Shown one piece after another: positions 17,060 through 25,137 of a DNA stretch of 32,991 nt. The first letter of the stretch is position 1, and every line of letters starts with the position of its first letter. Under the pieces are notes generated by a model. The model searched no databases. It was not told the origin of the DNA and was given only the letters and a program-made list of their open reading frames with translations. Made by a program: the position numbers and the translations under genes. This DNA is from a virus (Duplodnaviria > Caudoviricetes), in the IMG/VR virus record IMGVR_UViG_3300033480_000011, positions 1 through 32,991 of that record. One strand, written 5' to 3'.

Positions 17060-17974
17060 ATGAAGACTCTTGACTGGCCGGACGTGCCGTACGTCGGCCC
17101 GGCCACTGGGCGCACCGCTGGCCGCCCGGACGGGGTACCCGTCGTCGGCGTGCTGCATTGCACCGCCAATGACGCGACACCAACCCAGGAGGCCACGTAC
17201 GCGCACACCCGCAGCGCCAGCAGCAACCCGACCTCGGCGCACCTGTACGCGGGGGACGCGTCGCCGTCATTGGTGCAAGGGGTAGCGGTCGGGGACTGCG
17301 CATGGCACGCCGGTGGACACTTCGGCAACCGCCGCGGGGTCGGGATCGAAGTCACCGGGCAGGTGTCATGGTCACGCTCGCGGTGGTTGCAGGGGCAGAC
17401 GATTCCCGCAGCCGCGCGCGCGATCCGCTTGCTGTCGGCGAAGACGGGGATCCGGATGCGCTGGTTGGACCGGGCCGGCCTGGTCGAGCTGTATGAGTAC
17501 CCGACACTCGCACATAGCGGCTGGGTGACGCACGAGCAGTACAACCAATGGTCACCGGACGCAAAGAGTGACCACAGCGACCCGGGGCCGGGCTTCCCGC
17601 TCGACCTCGTGATGCAGCTAGCGATCGAGGGAGACGACATGAGTGCGGCAGACGTGGTAGCTGGCTTGGACGAGGCGGTCTCGTGGCGGTCGACGGGCAT
17701 CCGCAACGGTGCGGTGGCCGCCGGCTGGTCAAGTGAGGTGTCCAGCCGGGCCCTGCTGGAGTACGTGTTCGGGCGTACCGTGCTCGGGCCGTCCACGGCT
17801 GAGGTGGAGACCCAGATCGCCGGCCTGACTGCGGCGATTCAGGCCCTTGCCGCTGGCGGGTCGAGCGTGGACACCGCGGCGGTGATTGTGGCAGTCAATG
17901 CGCAGGCGGCGGAGACCCGCAGTCAGATCCTGACCCGTCTGGCGGCTGCCGGAACTGGCCTTACGGGCGGGTAG
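17060..17974 (+). CDS. Endolysin, N-acetylmuramoyl-L-alanine amidase (Amidase_2)
   Basis: VLHCTA, SAHLY, AWHAG, GIEVTG and H...HSDPGPGFP zinc-amidase motifs. Confidence 0.9.
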   Translation: MKTLDWPDVPYVGPATGRTAGRPDGVPVVGVLHCTANDATPTQEATYAHTRSASSNPTSAHLYAGDASPSLVQGVAVGDCAWHAGGHFGNRRGVGIEVTGQVSWSRSRWLQGQTIPAAARAIRLLSAKTGIRMRWLDRAGLVELYEYPTLAHSGWVTHEQYNQWSPDAKSDHSDPGPGFPLDLVMQLAIEGDDMSAADVVAGLDEAVSWRSTGIRNGAVAAGWSSEVSSRALLEYVFGRTVLGPSTAEVETQIAGLTAAIQALAAGGSSVDTAAVIVAVNAQAAETRSQILTRLAAAGTGLTGG

Positions 17975-18014
17975 GCTCAGGCCGCGCGAAAGACCACGAG
18001 AGGATGGGCGAGAA

Positions 18015-18215
18015 ATGGCTGGTGGTGGAGTCGTGGACGATACCGCGGAGCGGTTGGTTCGCATCGAGACGAAGCTCGATACAGCACTGACCAGACAAGA
18101 TGATCACGAAGCACGAGTCCGGCGTATGGAGTTCGGTACCGTCGCGGCTATCGTCATTGCGCTTACCGCTCTCGGCACCCGCATTACCGATATCGTCAGC
18201 ATTACCGGAAAGTAG
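18015..18215 (+). CDS. Small coiled-coil plus transmembrane protein, lysis-associated
   Basis: ERLVRIETKLD...DHEARVRRME followed by a hydrophobic C-terminus. Confidence 0.7.
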   Translation: MAGGGVVDDTAERLVRIETKLDTALTRQDDHEARVRRMEFGTVAAIVIALTALGTRITDIVSITGK

Positions 18216-18225
18216 GACGCGCGCG

Positions 18226-18747
18226 ATGGCGACGGACCGGTATCAGGAGCGTTACCTCGCACATCAGGCACGCAAACGAGAGGTTCTTCGCGAGTTGATG
18301 CTCATCCGACATAGCGATCGTGTATATGACGAGAGTCGTGCCGTGCCGGATGAGCTGATCGTCGAGCTGATCAACGCGGCTGGTCGCGCTCCCAGTTCTT
18401 GCGACCGGCGCGCAGTCTCTCTGCGACAGGTTGTCGAACGCCAAGACCGGGAACTGCTCGGCGGATTGCTGGTCGGCGGGGTTGGGTGGGTGCATCGCGC
18501 ACCGGTCATCTTGCTGCTGCTAGCCGATCCCGTGGCGTACAAGGCTGCGGGCGAGCTACCCCGCATGCCGTACCTGGACGCCGGCGCGGTACTCAGCCAT
18601 CTGTACCTCGCCGCAACCGCGGCCGAACTGTCGTGCTGCTACGTCAATCCGGCCGTTCGGCCGGACAACGAGGGACACTTCCGTTCCGCGCTGCATCTGG
18701 ACGACGTGATCTTTTGCGGTGCGTTCGTAGCCGGGTGGCCGGCGTGA
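18226..18747 (+). CDS. Nitroreductase-family flavoprotein
   Basis: RHSDRVY, AAGRAPSSCDRR and DAGAVLSHLYLAATAAELSCCYV match the FMN nitroreductase fold motifs. Confidence 0.85.
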   Translation: MATDRYQERYLAHQARKREVLRELMLIRHSDRVYDESRAVPDELIVELINAAGRAPSSCDRRAVSLRQVVERQDRELLGGLLVGGVGWVHRAPVILLLLADPVAYKAAGELPRMPYLDAGAVLSHLYLAATAAELSCCYVNPAVRPDNEGHFRSALHLDDVIFCGAFVAGWPA

Positions 18748-19460
18748 ACATCTCCATCGTGACCGGAGGGTACGGCGGGTACGGACGCTGGCTACCACAG
18801 TGGGCCGGGTATGTTGCGGCACTCGATCCGGCACCGGCGGCCGCGGTGGCCGTACTCGGGTACCGGCACGGTGCGACGTCGGCAGACGTGCGCGCAGCCC
18901 GGCGCATCCTGCCGATGCTACGAGTGGTCAAAGCGTCGCGAGCGCGCACAATGGGCAGCGTGCGCAACGTCGCGGTGGCAGCGACGCGCACCGAGTGGGT
19001 GCAATGGCTATCGATCGATGACGGGATCCTGCCCTACGCGATCGGCGCGCTGGCCCAGGTCAGCGATCAAGCCGATTGGATCTGCACGGGGTGGCTCACC
19101 CGCGGACTCGGGCACGCCGAAATGCGGCATCGCTCGCCGTTGCCGGCCGACATGGCGCGTAGGCGCGGTCGCGGTTTCGTCATCGGACACTCGCCGTTCC
19201 GACGCTGGATATGGGAACGCTCCCACTACCCGGCGCACGACTATCCGAACTCTCCATTCCTCGCGGCTGCGGTGGAGTCCGGAGCGCGCTTCGTCTCCGT
19301 AGAGCGACCGATCACGATCTATCTACGTAGACCGGACTCGCATTCGCGGACGGTCCTACAGGGACCGAACCGGTCGATGACCGAGAAGCGCAAAGCGATC
19401 ATGTACAAGCGCGATATGCAGCGCCGTATCGTCGCGTACTACCGCGGAGCGGGCCAATGA
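18744..19460 (+). CDS. Glycosyltransferase (GT-A / family 2-like)
   Basis: ISIVT start, GSVRNVAVAATRTEWVQWLSIDD (DxD-like) and IYLRRPDSHS. Confidence 0.8.
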   Translation: MNISIVTGGYGGYGRWLPQWAGYVAALDPAPAAAVAVLGYRHGATSADVRAARRILPMLRVVKASRARTMGSVRNVAVAATRTEWVQWLSIDDGILPYAIGALAQVSDQADWICTGWLTRGLGHAEMRHRSPLPADMARRRGRGFVIGHSPFRRWIWERSHYPAHDYPNSPFLAAAVESGARFVSVERPITIYLRRPDSHSRTVLQGPNRSMTEKRKAIMYKRDMQRRIVAYYRGAGQ

Positions 19461-19690
19461 TGATCCGTTGGGCGGTATGGCTGGTCATCACGATCGGGTG
19501 GTTCCTGGTTTGGGAGATGCCGGCCGTGCTCAATCAGCGCGCCGGAGACACGCTCAGTGAGGCAGTCTGGCGCGTGCTACGTGTCGGTGGTGATAGGCGC
19601 TCCACGTGGCTTACGTGGCTCGGGCGAGGCATTCTGATGGGATTCCTGGCCTGGTTGACGGTGCATCTCGGGATGGGATGGTTGGCATAA
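19457..19690 (+). CDS. Membrane protein (two TM segments)
   Basis: Two hydrophobic helices flanking GDTLSEAVW; ATGA overlap. Confidence 0.7.
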   Translation: MMIRWAVWLVITIGWFLVWEMPAVLNQRAGDTLSEAVWRVLRVGGDRRSTWLTWLGRGILMGFLAWLTVHLGMGWLA

Positions 19691-19923
19691 TGATCAAAAC
19701 CTCGAAGCAACTCGCGCTTTGGATGGCCGTGATCTCGGCGATCGTGGCAGCGTCGCAGGCGATACCAGAGAGCCTCCCCGGTTGGTTGGCTGGGTACGTA
19801 CGCTGGGCCGGGGTGGCTCTAGGTGCGGGCCTGGCGGCGTACACCGCGCTCTCCCGATCGGTCACCCTGCCGGCCGAACGTGAACTCGGCGACAAGCTGG
19901 TCATGCGCGGACCGATCGGCTAG
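19690..19923 (+). CDS. Holin-like membrane protein
   Basis: 77 aa with two TM segments and a charged C-terminus, at the end of the late operon. Confidence 0.6.
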   Translation: MIKTSKQLALWMAVISAIVAASQAIPESLPGWLAGYVRWAGVALGAGLAAYTALSRSVTLPAERELGDKLVMRGPIG

Positions 19924-19948
19924 GCTCGGCGTTGCCCTCCTTTCGACG

Positions 19949-19987
19949 ACGACAAAGGCCACCGATTTACTCGGTGGCCTTTGTCGT
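19949..19987. terminator. Bidirectional terminator between convergent operons
   Basis: 17-bp stem ACGACAAAGGCCACCGA / TCGGTGGCCTTTGTCGT with a 5-nt loop. Confidence 0.8.
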
Positions 19988-20023
19988 TATGTTCCGGGTT
20001 ATCGCTCAGCGCATGCCCATCGC

Positions 20024-20317
20024 CTAGGCGTCCGCGGACCCCTCGCACTCGGGGCATGAACCGGTCGGCTCGAAGTCGTTGAGCATCGGCAGAACGACCC
20101 TGCACGCGTTCGGTCGCGCGAACGCTTGGCGTGACGCATCGTTGACCGCTGCCAAAAACACCATCGGCCCATAGTTGTCGTTGGCGATCTTGACGACATG
20201 CCACTCCGCAATGGACGCGTTAGCGCTCTTGAAGATTCGTACCACGCTGCCGATGTCGATTGGCCTGCCGTCCGCGTCTGTCACGGTGTCCGGCACCCGG
20301 TTCGCTGGCTTGCGCAT
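20024..20317 (-). CDS. Hypothetical protein (SH3/KOW-like beta protein with C-terminal CxxC)
   Basis: RBS GGGGGA; DADGRPIDIGSVVRI; CPEC. Confidence 0.6.
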   Translation of the reverse strand: MRKPANRVPDTVTDADGRPIDIGSVVRIFKSANASIAEWHVVKIANDNYGPMVFLAAVNDASRQAFARPNACRVVLPMLNDFEPTGSCPECEGSADA

Positions 20318-20358
20318 CTTGGATCCCCCTTGCGTTCGGTTGAGACCCAAGCGTATCA

Positions 20359-20384
20359 CGAGTAGTTGACGAATCAACTACTCG
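20359..20384. promoter_or_regulatory. Palindromic operator/promoter element (TTGA-N4-TCAA family)
   Basis: CGAGTAGTTGA-CGAA-TCAACTACTCG. Confidence 0.65.
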
Positions 20385-20465
20385 CCAACTGCCAGCAAGC
20401 ATAAAATCGCAGATAGAAACAGTGATGCGCTGGACGATCGTCCAGCGCATCACTCGATCGGGTGA

Positions 20466-21227
20466 CTAGAAGCCAGTCGGGGAGTTCGTGGGATTGGTCG
20501 GGCGGATCTGCTCGCGCTGCTGCGGGGACAGCGTTGCCCAGACCGCTGGATCCCATCCTGGCGGGCAGTCGCTGGCCGGCTGCGGCTGTGCGGCGTAGGC
20601 GCCTGGGGCTGCGCTCGGCTGGCCGTAGGACTGCGGCGGGCTGGCTTGCGGGTACGCGTAGCCGGCCGCAACGGACGCTGGCGTCACGGCCGTTGCGAGT
20701 ACCACAGGCTCCGGGTTGACGAAGGTACCCATCGTGCGCGCCGACCAGACCTGGGCGGCAAGCTCGCGTACCGGGCTGGTCGGATCGACACGCTCTAGCA
20801 GGTACGGCCGGTTGCCCTGCGTTCCGCGGACCACCCGGCCCAGGACGATCGCTTTACCGACGCTTTCGACCAGCGCTTTAACGATCTCCTGGTTGCCGAT
20901 GAGCAGGCCGCTGACGAAGTACGGCACGGTGACCTTTTGGGTGTTCGGCAGGTTCTTCTGAAGATCATCACCGAATGGCATCTCTCCGCCATCCAACACC
21001 AGCGCGTCGGCCGTAATGGTCGGGCGCGGGGGATCGGTCGGGTTCATGCCTTTGGCCGCAGGGTTGTACCCGACCGGCACGAACACGCAGTGCCGGCCTT
21101 CAAGGTGCCTCACCTTGACCGGCGACCCGAATGCGGCCGTCGGGTCTGCGAACTGCGCGCCAGCCGGGGGCTGCTGCACACCCTGGCCATACGCCTGGTT
21201 GCTCGGATAGTTCGGGTTCGGTTGCAT
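20466..21227 (-). CDS. Probable ssDNA-binding / recombination-associated protein
   Basis: 253 aa with a beta-rich core and Gln/Pro-rich flexible ends, in the same block as the Cas4-like nuclease. The function is inferred. Confidence 0.5.
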   Translation of the reverse strand: MQPNPNYPSNQAYGQGVQQPPAGAQFADPTAAFGSPVKVRHLEGRHCVFVPVGYNPAAKGMNPTDPPRPTITADALVLDGGEMPFGDDLQKNLPNTQKVTVPYFVSGLLIGNQEIVKALVESVGKAIVLGRVVRGTQGNRPYLLERVDPTSPVRELAAQVWSARTMGTFVNPEPVVLATAVTPASVAAGYAYPQASPPQSYGQPSAAPGAYAAQPQPASDCPPGWDPAVWATLSPQQREQIRPTNPTNSPTGF

Positions 21228-21364
21228 GCGCTGTTTCCATTCTGTGGTGTGGGTTGATGTGGTGTACCGGACCAACGATCGATGCTCCGGGGAAGTGTCA
21301 CATCGATCGTTGGCCGGCACTGGATACGAGCGGCACTCGCGCCGATGCTGATACCGCCCGGCCG

Positions 21365-21447
21365 GGGGGATGGTGGGATTCGAACCCACGTACACTGCCC
21401 ATCGTTTCGGCTAGCCTCAGCGCTCTATCCCGTTGAGCTACATCCCC
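21365..21447 (-). tRNA. tRNA-like RNA with an aberrant anticodon arm (no assignable isotype)
   Basis: Acceptor GGGGATG/CATCCCC, D arm GCTC-AACGGGATA-GAGC, T arm GTGGG-TTCGAAT-CCCAC. The anticodon region is 26 nt with only a 3-bp CTG/CAG closing stem. No CCA is encoded. Confidence 0.7.
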
Positions 21448-21681
21448 TTGGTGCGACCCGGAATGGTGATCTGATCACCATTCCGGGTCCGGCGGATTCT
21501 GGTGGGCCGTCGCCCCAACCGCTAACGGCGGTCAATCGAGCAGTTAGCGGATGCCAGCCGTTGTGTCGATCGCGCCGATTGGGATTGCGTAGGGAGGTGG
21601 CCGCGCCCCCTGGCCATCGACTCTCGGCCCCGTATCACCGAGCAAAACGATCTATCTAGTTGTCAACTTCGAACCGACCTC

Positions 21682-21716
21682 AGACTACTTGACCGGTCGT
21701 TGGCTTGTCAAGTAGT
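21682..21716 (-). promoter_or_regulatory. Leftward promoter with embedded operator
   Basis: Minus strand TTGACA-18 bp-TAGTCT; inverted arms ACTACTTGAC/GTCAAGTAGT. Confidence 0.65.
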
Positions 21717-22055
21717 GAACTTGCCGCACCCTTCGGTCAGCACGTAGACGACCCTCGTGCTACGCAGGTCGATCGCGACCGCGGTACGGTCACGTCCGGT
21801 GACGATGAAATGCTTCAGTTGTTCACGCTTGCCCCAAATTGTTACTTCGCAGATCGCCCCTGGCGCGAGTACCGCAGTGTGGTACCGGGTCCGAGCAATC
21901 TGCCGTCCGGGGTAGTGCCGGCCGTCGCTGAACGACGTAGCGAGCCTGGTCGGGCCGCCATCGCCCCCACTGCCCTCACACTTCCCCGCACCAACGAAGA
22001 TGACCAGTAGTAACAGCCCGATGATCAACGCCGGGTTGGCTCTGAGATTGCGCAT
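21708..22055 (-). CDS. Putative lipoprotein or exported protein
   Basis: Basic N-terminus, hydrophobic stretch, then AGKC; overlaps the nuclease stop codon. Confidence 0.55.
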   Translation of the reverse strand: MRNLRANPALIIGLLLLVIFVGAGKCEGSGGDGGPTRLATSFSDGRHYPGRQIARTRYHTAVLAPGAICEVTIWGKREQLKHFIVTGRDRTAVAIDLRSTRVVYVLTEGCGKFTT

Positions 22056-23548
22056 CAGTACCCCCGCAACGGACAAGCGTGCTTGACCGAGCAGCCACCG
22101 CAGAACGAACTCGGACGGGGAAGGTGGATTCCGGCACGATCGGCTGCATCCATCACGTGTACGCGGTAGCGGAGCTCTGCCCAAGTACCCGGCGCCGCGA
22201 CCGGCACGGGTTCAGACAACGAGCCTTTGCGCGCGTGCCAGTACGCGCCGGACCAGTCGTCCGGCCCGTTGGGCACTGCGATACTGGCGTTTACCAGAGC
22301 CTGCCCGTACGTGCGCAGTTGCAGATCGTCGTCTGGCTTGCTCTTGCCTGCCTTGACGTCGACGATCATTATCTGCCCGGTACCGCGATGTCGCCAGGCT
22401 TGATCGATGACACCCTTGAGCGGCACGCCGTCGACGTTCAGCACGAATTCGTACTCGATGATCGGTGCGCCGTCCGGGGTACGCGCGATCGTCCAGTCCT
22501 GAGCCCACCCGGCGCGCCAGGCGACGTAGCGCGTCAGCATGTCGAGCCCTTCGGCGAGCCACCACGTATACCCTTCGGCGCCGCGTGCACTGGCGCGCCA
22601 AGAGTCCATCGGCCAGTCAGGGTTGGCCTGCATCGTGTCGGACATTTCGCGGTGCAGATGCGTTTGCCAGAGCTGATCGAGATCGAAGGACGCTCGGACG
22701 TATGCCCAATCGTTGTCCGGTGCGCGCGTTGCCTGGCGTTCCATCTCCTCGATTGCCGCGTGCAGCGCGCGACCGCCGATAAATGCCCATTGCGGCTGGG
22801 GGGCGATGCCCTCACGACGCTGTAGGCGATACTTAAGCCCGCAATCCGCGAACGACTGTAGCTGTGAGACCGACCGAAACGCCAGGGCTGCGCCGGACGG
22901 CGGCCGCGCGAGGTCGGCGAACGTCAGCGCTTCGGCTCGACGGCCGGCGCCGGGCAGCGGTGGGTCGGCGAACTGAATGATCGGCTGCACGGGGTCGGGT
23001 GTCCTCTCGGGAGTTGGATCGGGAGAGACCGCCGGGGGGAGGTCGGTCCCTCCCGCGAGGTACGCCGCGACCTCGGTTGCGACGCTGGCATTGGCGTCCG
23101 GATCGTCGTACCAGCACTTGTCACCCATCGCGTGCTCGCGCTCACCGGGGTGTGGGGGGAGTGCGCACATCCACAGTTCGCCAGAGATCGAGTCGTACGT
23201 CGCTCCACAGATGGGGAGTTCCGGCGGGACGGGTGCAGTACTCGCGGGGGTTGGCTCGACGTCCATGCCCGCGCAGCCGTGCTGACGAATCGAGATGGCG
23301 ATTGCGTCAGCCTGTCGCGATGCGATGCGGTATTCCCTGCGATTGGTTGCGTCAGCACGCTTGGTGGATGATTCGAGCCGAACGCTTTCGTCGTGCCACC
23401 ACCTTGTTACAAAGTCGAGCACGGCAAGCGTGACGTCGGACGTTGAGCCACGAAGCATCGGCACGCCAGTTGCGCTGACGAGGTCGGCATTTCGCTGGCG
23501 CTCTAGATCGATTTGCTCTCGTACTGATTGCGCGGACGGTCGGGCCAT
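22055..23548 (-). CDS. Cas4/RecB-like PD-(D/E)xK exonuclease with a long N-terminal extension
   Basis: SVSQLQSFADCGLKY, GRALHAAIE, LKGVID, IVDVKAG, QLRTY and CGGCSVKHAC (4-Cys cluster). RBS AGGAGAGG precedes 23548; the frame is open to 23644. Confidence 0.88.
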   Translation of the reverse strand: MARPSAQSVREQIDLERQRNADLVSATGVPMLRGSTSDVTLAVLDFVTRWWHDESVRLESSTKRADATNRREYRIASRQADAIAISIRQHGCAGMDVEPTPASTAPVPPELPICGATYDSISGELWMCALPPHPGEREHAMGDKCWYDDPDANASVATEVAAYLAGGTDLPPAVSPDPTPERTPDPVQPIIQFADPPLPGAGRRAEALTFADLARPPSGAALAFRSVSQLQSFADCGLKYRLQRREGIAPQPQWAFIGGRALHAAIEEMERQATRAPDNDWAYVRASFDLDQLWQTHLHREMSDTMQANPDWPMDSWRASARGAEGYTWWLAEGLDMLTRYVAWRAGWAQDWTIARTPDGAPIIEYEFVLNVDGVPLKGVIDQAWRHRGTGQIMIVDVKAGKSKPDDDLQLRTYGQALVNASIAVPNGPDDWSGAYWHARKGSLSEPVPVAAPGTWAELRYRVHVMDAADRAGIHLPRPSSFCGGCSVKHACPLRGY

Positions 23549-23648
23549 CGTCTGTGTTTTTCCTCTCCTGTAACTTGGGCATGATCTTTTGTGATCGATC
23601 ACTCCATCGCGCTTGGGCGCGTAGCAGCAGATACAGCGCATCATGCGA

Positions 23649-23879
23649 TCACGTGGTAACCCAATAGTCAGCCACTGTGGTGTGATCGCGTATCGCGCGC
23701 CAACCCGAGCGATCGGCGCGCAGCGATATCACCAACGCACGAGTTTCACGCCAGGCCTGCTCACCAAGCTTGGCGACCGAGTGTCGGCCAGGCGCGACGT
23801 AGCGCGCGCGGAATGGTAGTCCGAGATTGATGATTGCGTTGGCGCGTAGACGACGCTGCGCGGACATGATGCTAGCCAT
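23649..23879 (-). CDS. Hypothetical protein
   Basis: RBS GGAG; packed in the operon; contains PGRHS. Confidence 0.55.
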   Translation of the reverse strand: MASIMSAQRRLRANAIINLGLPFRARYVAPGRHSVAKLGEQAWRETRALVISLRADRSGWRAIRDHTTVADYWVTT

Positions 23880-24138
23880 TGATCGTCTCCATTCCCTCAA
23901 TGTGGAAATGCTGCGCGATGATTACTAGGGCGTCGCCGAACTCGGGTTCTACGACGTGCGCATTGCTCCACGGCTCAACGCTGCGCACAACGAGCTGACC
24001 GTCGGGTCGGAGTGCGACTACCTGATACGGGCATGCGCGTCGATCTACGTGCACGATCGTGCAGAGTGTTCCGTCGTACTCGCTGACCACTTGCGAGTAT
24101 CGCTCGACGTGACCCCACGCGACCGGTCGAATCTTCAT
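23872..24138 (-). CDS. Hypothetical protein
   Basis: ATGA overlap with the upstream gene; packed in the operon. Confidence 0.6.
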   Translation of the reverse strand: MKIRPVAWGHVERYSQVVSEYDGTLCTIVHVDRRACPYQVVALRPDGQLVVRSVEPWSNAHVVEPEFGDALVIIAQHFHIEGMETING

Positions 24139-24425
24139 GACCAAACACCGGGCTCGAATTCGACAGCCAACCAGCGTCCGGCAGCGTTGCGCTCCACCCA
24201 TACGCCACCCCCCGGCGGCATCTCGACGCAATCCGCTAGCGCGCCAGACGTGTTCGAAAGCTCGATACGCAGCGATTGGGTGGGGTCGGGATAGAACGCG
24301 TCGGCATCACTAAGCGATTCGAACACTTCGTCAGCGCATTTGTCGATCTTTGACTTGGCGCAGCCGGCATCGCTTAGCGCAGTTTTGATGATCCCTTTGA
24401 GGTTCTCGCCCGTCAGCGCAGCCAT
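24135..24425 (-). CDS. Hypothetical protein, first gene of the leftward operon (likely leaderless)
   Basis: ATG lies 7 nt after the leftward -10 box TACTGT. Confidence 0.65.
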   Translation of the reverse strand: MAALTGENLKGIIKTALSDAGCAKSKIDKCADEVFESLSDADAFYPDPTQSLRIELSNTSGALADCVEMPPGGGVWVERNAAGRWLAVEFEPGVWS

Positions 24426-24430
24426 GGACG

Positions 24431-24471
24431 CGACAGTACTTGACCAGTCGTTGATTAGTCAAGTACTGTCG
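24431..24471. promoter_or_regulatory. Bidirectional promoter/operator at the divergence point of the genome
   Basis: 14-bp arms CGACAGTACTTGAC/GTCAAGTACTGTCG give TTGACY-18 bp-TACTGT on both strands. Confidence 0.75.
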
Positions 24472-24516
24472 AACAGGCAAGCGAGGTTTGGGATGTGATC
24501 ATGAAAGGTGGCACCG

Positions 24517-24717
24517 ATGCGCATACTGCTTCGTGACGAGGTCGGCCGGACAGTCGAAGTCGACACCCAGGGGGAGCCGATTTGCTCGACGGTCCCATCG
24601 TTGCTGCTCCTGGCGCGCGACGCCTGGCGCGCGATGGGGTGGCCACTCCCGCAGGCGACACCACGCAAGTATGCCCACGGGATGGACGAGACGCAGCTGC
24701 TGCCGACCATCCGTTGA
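24517..24717 (+). CDS. Hypothetical protein
   Basis: RBS GAAAGGTGG before ATG 24517. Confidence 0.55.
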   Translation: MRILLRDEVGRTVEVDTQGEPICSTVPSLLLLARDAWRAMGWPLPQATPRKYAHGMDETQLLPTIR

Positions 24718-24737
24718 TCGTGACGTCAATGCAGCGC

Positions 24738-24767
24738 TTGACCCGTCGTTGACAAGTCAACTAGTCT
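24738..24767 (+). promoter_or_regulatory. Promoter with embedded operator
   Basis: TTGACC-CGTCGTTGACAAGTCAAC-TAGTCT. Confidence 0.7.
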
Positions 24768-24809
24768 CAACGACAGGAGCGCCGATGACGACAGGACGAG
24801 GGGCGCGTA

Positions 24810-25067
24810 ATGGCGCAAACTAGACGATTTACGGAGCAATTGGTCATCATCACAGACGAGCCGATGGCCACGCGAATCCGAGCCATGGCGGAGGTCTATC
24901 GAATCTCCGAGGCTCAGGTCATGCGAGACATGCTCGCCGCGGGCTCTGACGCCGTGCTGCGCCGATATGCGCGTGACGCCGGTGCCGATCTGGCGGCCGC
25001 GACCGCAGATCTTGCCGAGTCGGAGTCAAGGGTCAGAGCGCGCCGACGACTACCGCGGGCGAGGTAG
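24810..25067 (+). CDS. Ribbon-helix-helix (CopG/Arc-like) DNA-binding protein
   Basis: Beta strand QLVIIT followed by helices DEPMATRIRAMAEVY and ISEAQVMRDML. Confidence 0.6.
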   Translation: MAQTRRFTEQLVIITDEPMATRIRAMAEVYRISEAQVMRDMLAAGSDAVLRRYARDAGADLAAATADLAESESRVRARRRLPRAR

Positions 25068-25078
25068 CAGGCGCAAGA

Positions 25079-25112
25079 TGAGGGACCCGACAGGCCACTG
25101 TCGGGTCCCTCA
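25079..25112 (+). terminator. Hairpin before the primase-polymerase gene (terminator or attenuator)
   Basis: 15-bp stem TGAGGGACCCGACAG / CTGTCGGGTCCCTCA with loop GCCA. Confidence 0.6.
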
Positions 25113-25137
25113 CTACGAAAGGATGGGCATCCGTTCC

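Noticed and set aside
21365-21447. attP site or amber-suppressor tRNA (CTA in the loop region)
   Set aside because: No integrase is present, and the CTA is not positioned in a 7-nt loop on a 5-bp stem.
22055-23548. Cas4-like nuclease as part of a CRISPR-Cas adaptation module
   Set aside because: Solo Cas4/RecB-like exonucleases are common actinophage recombination genes. No cas1 or cas2 is present, and the gene is far from the array.
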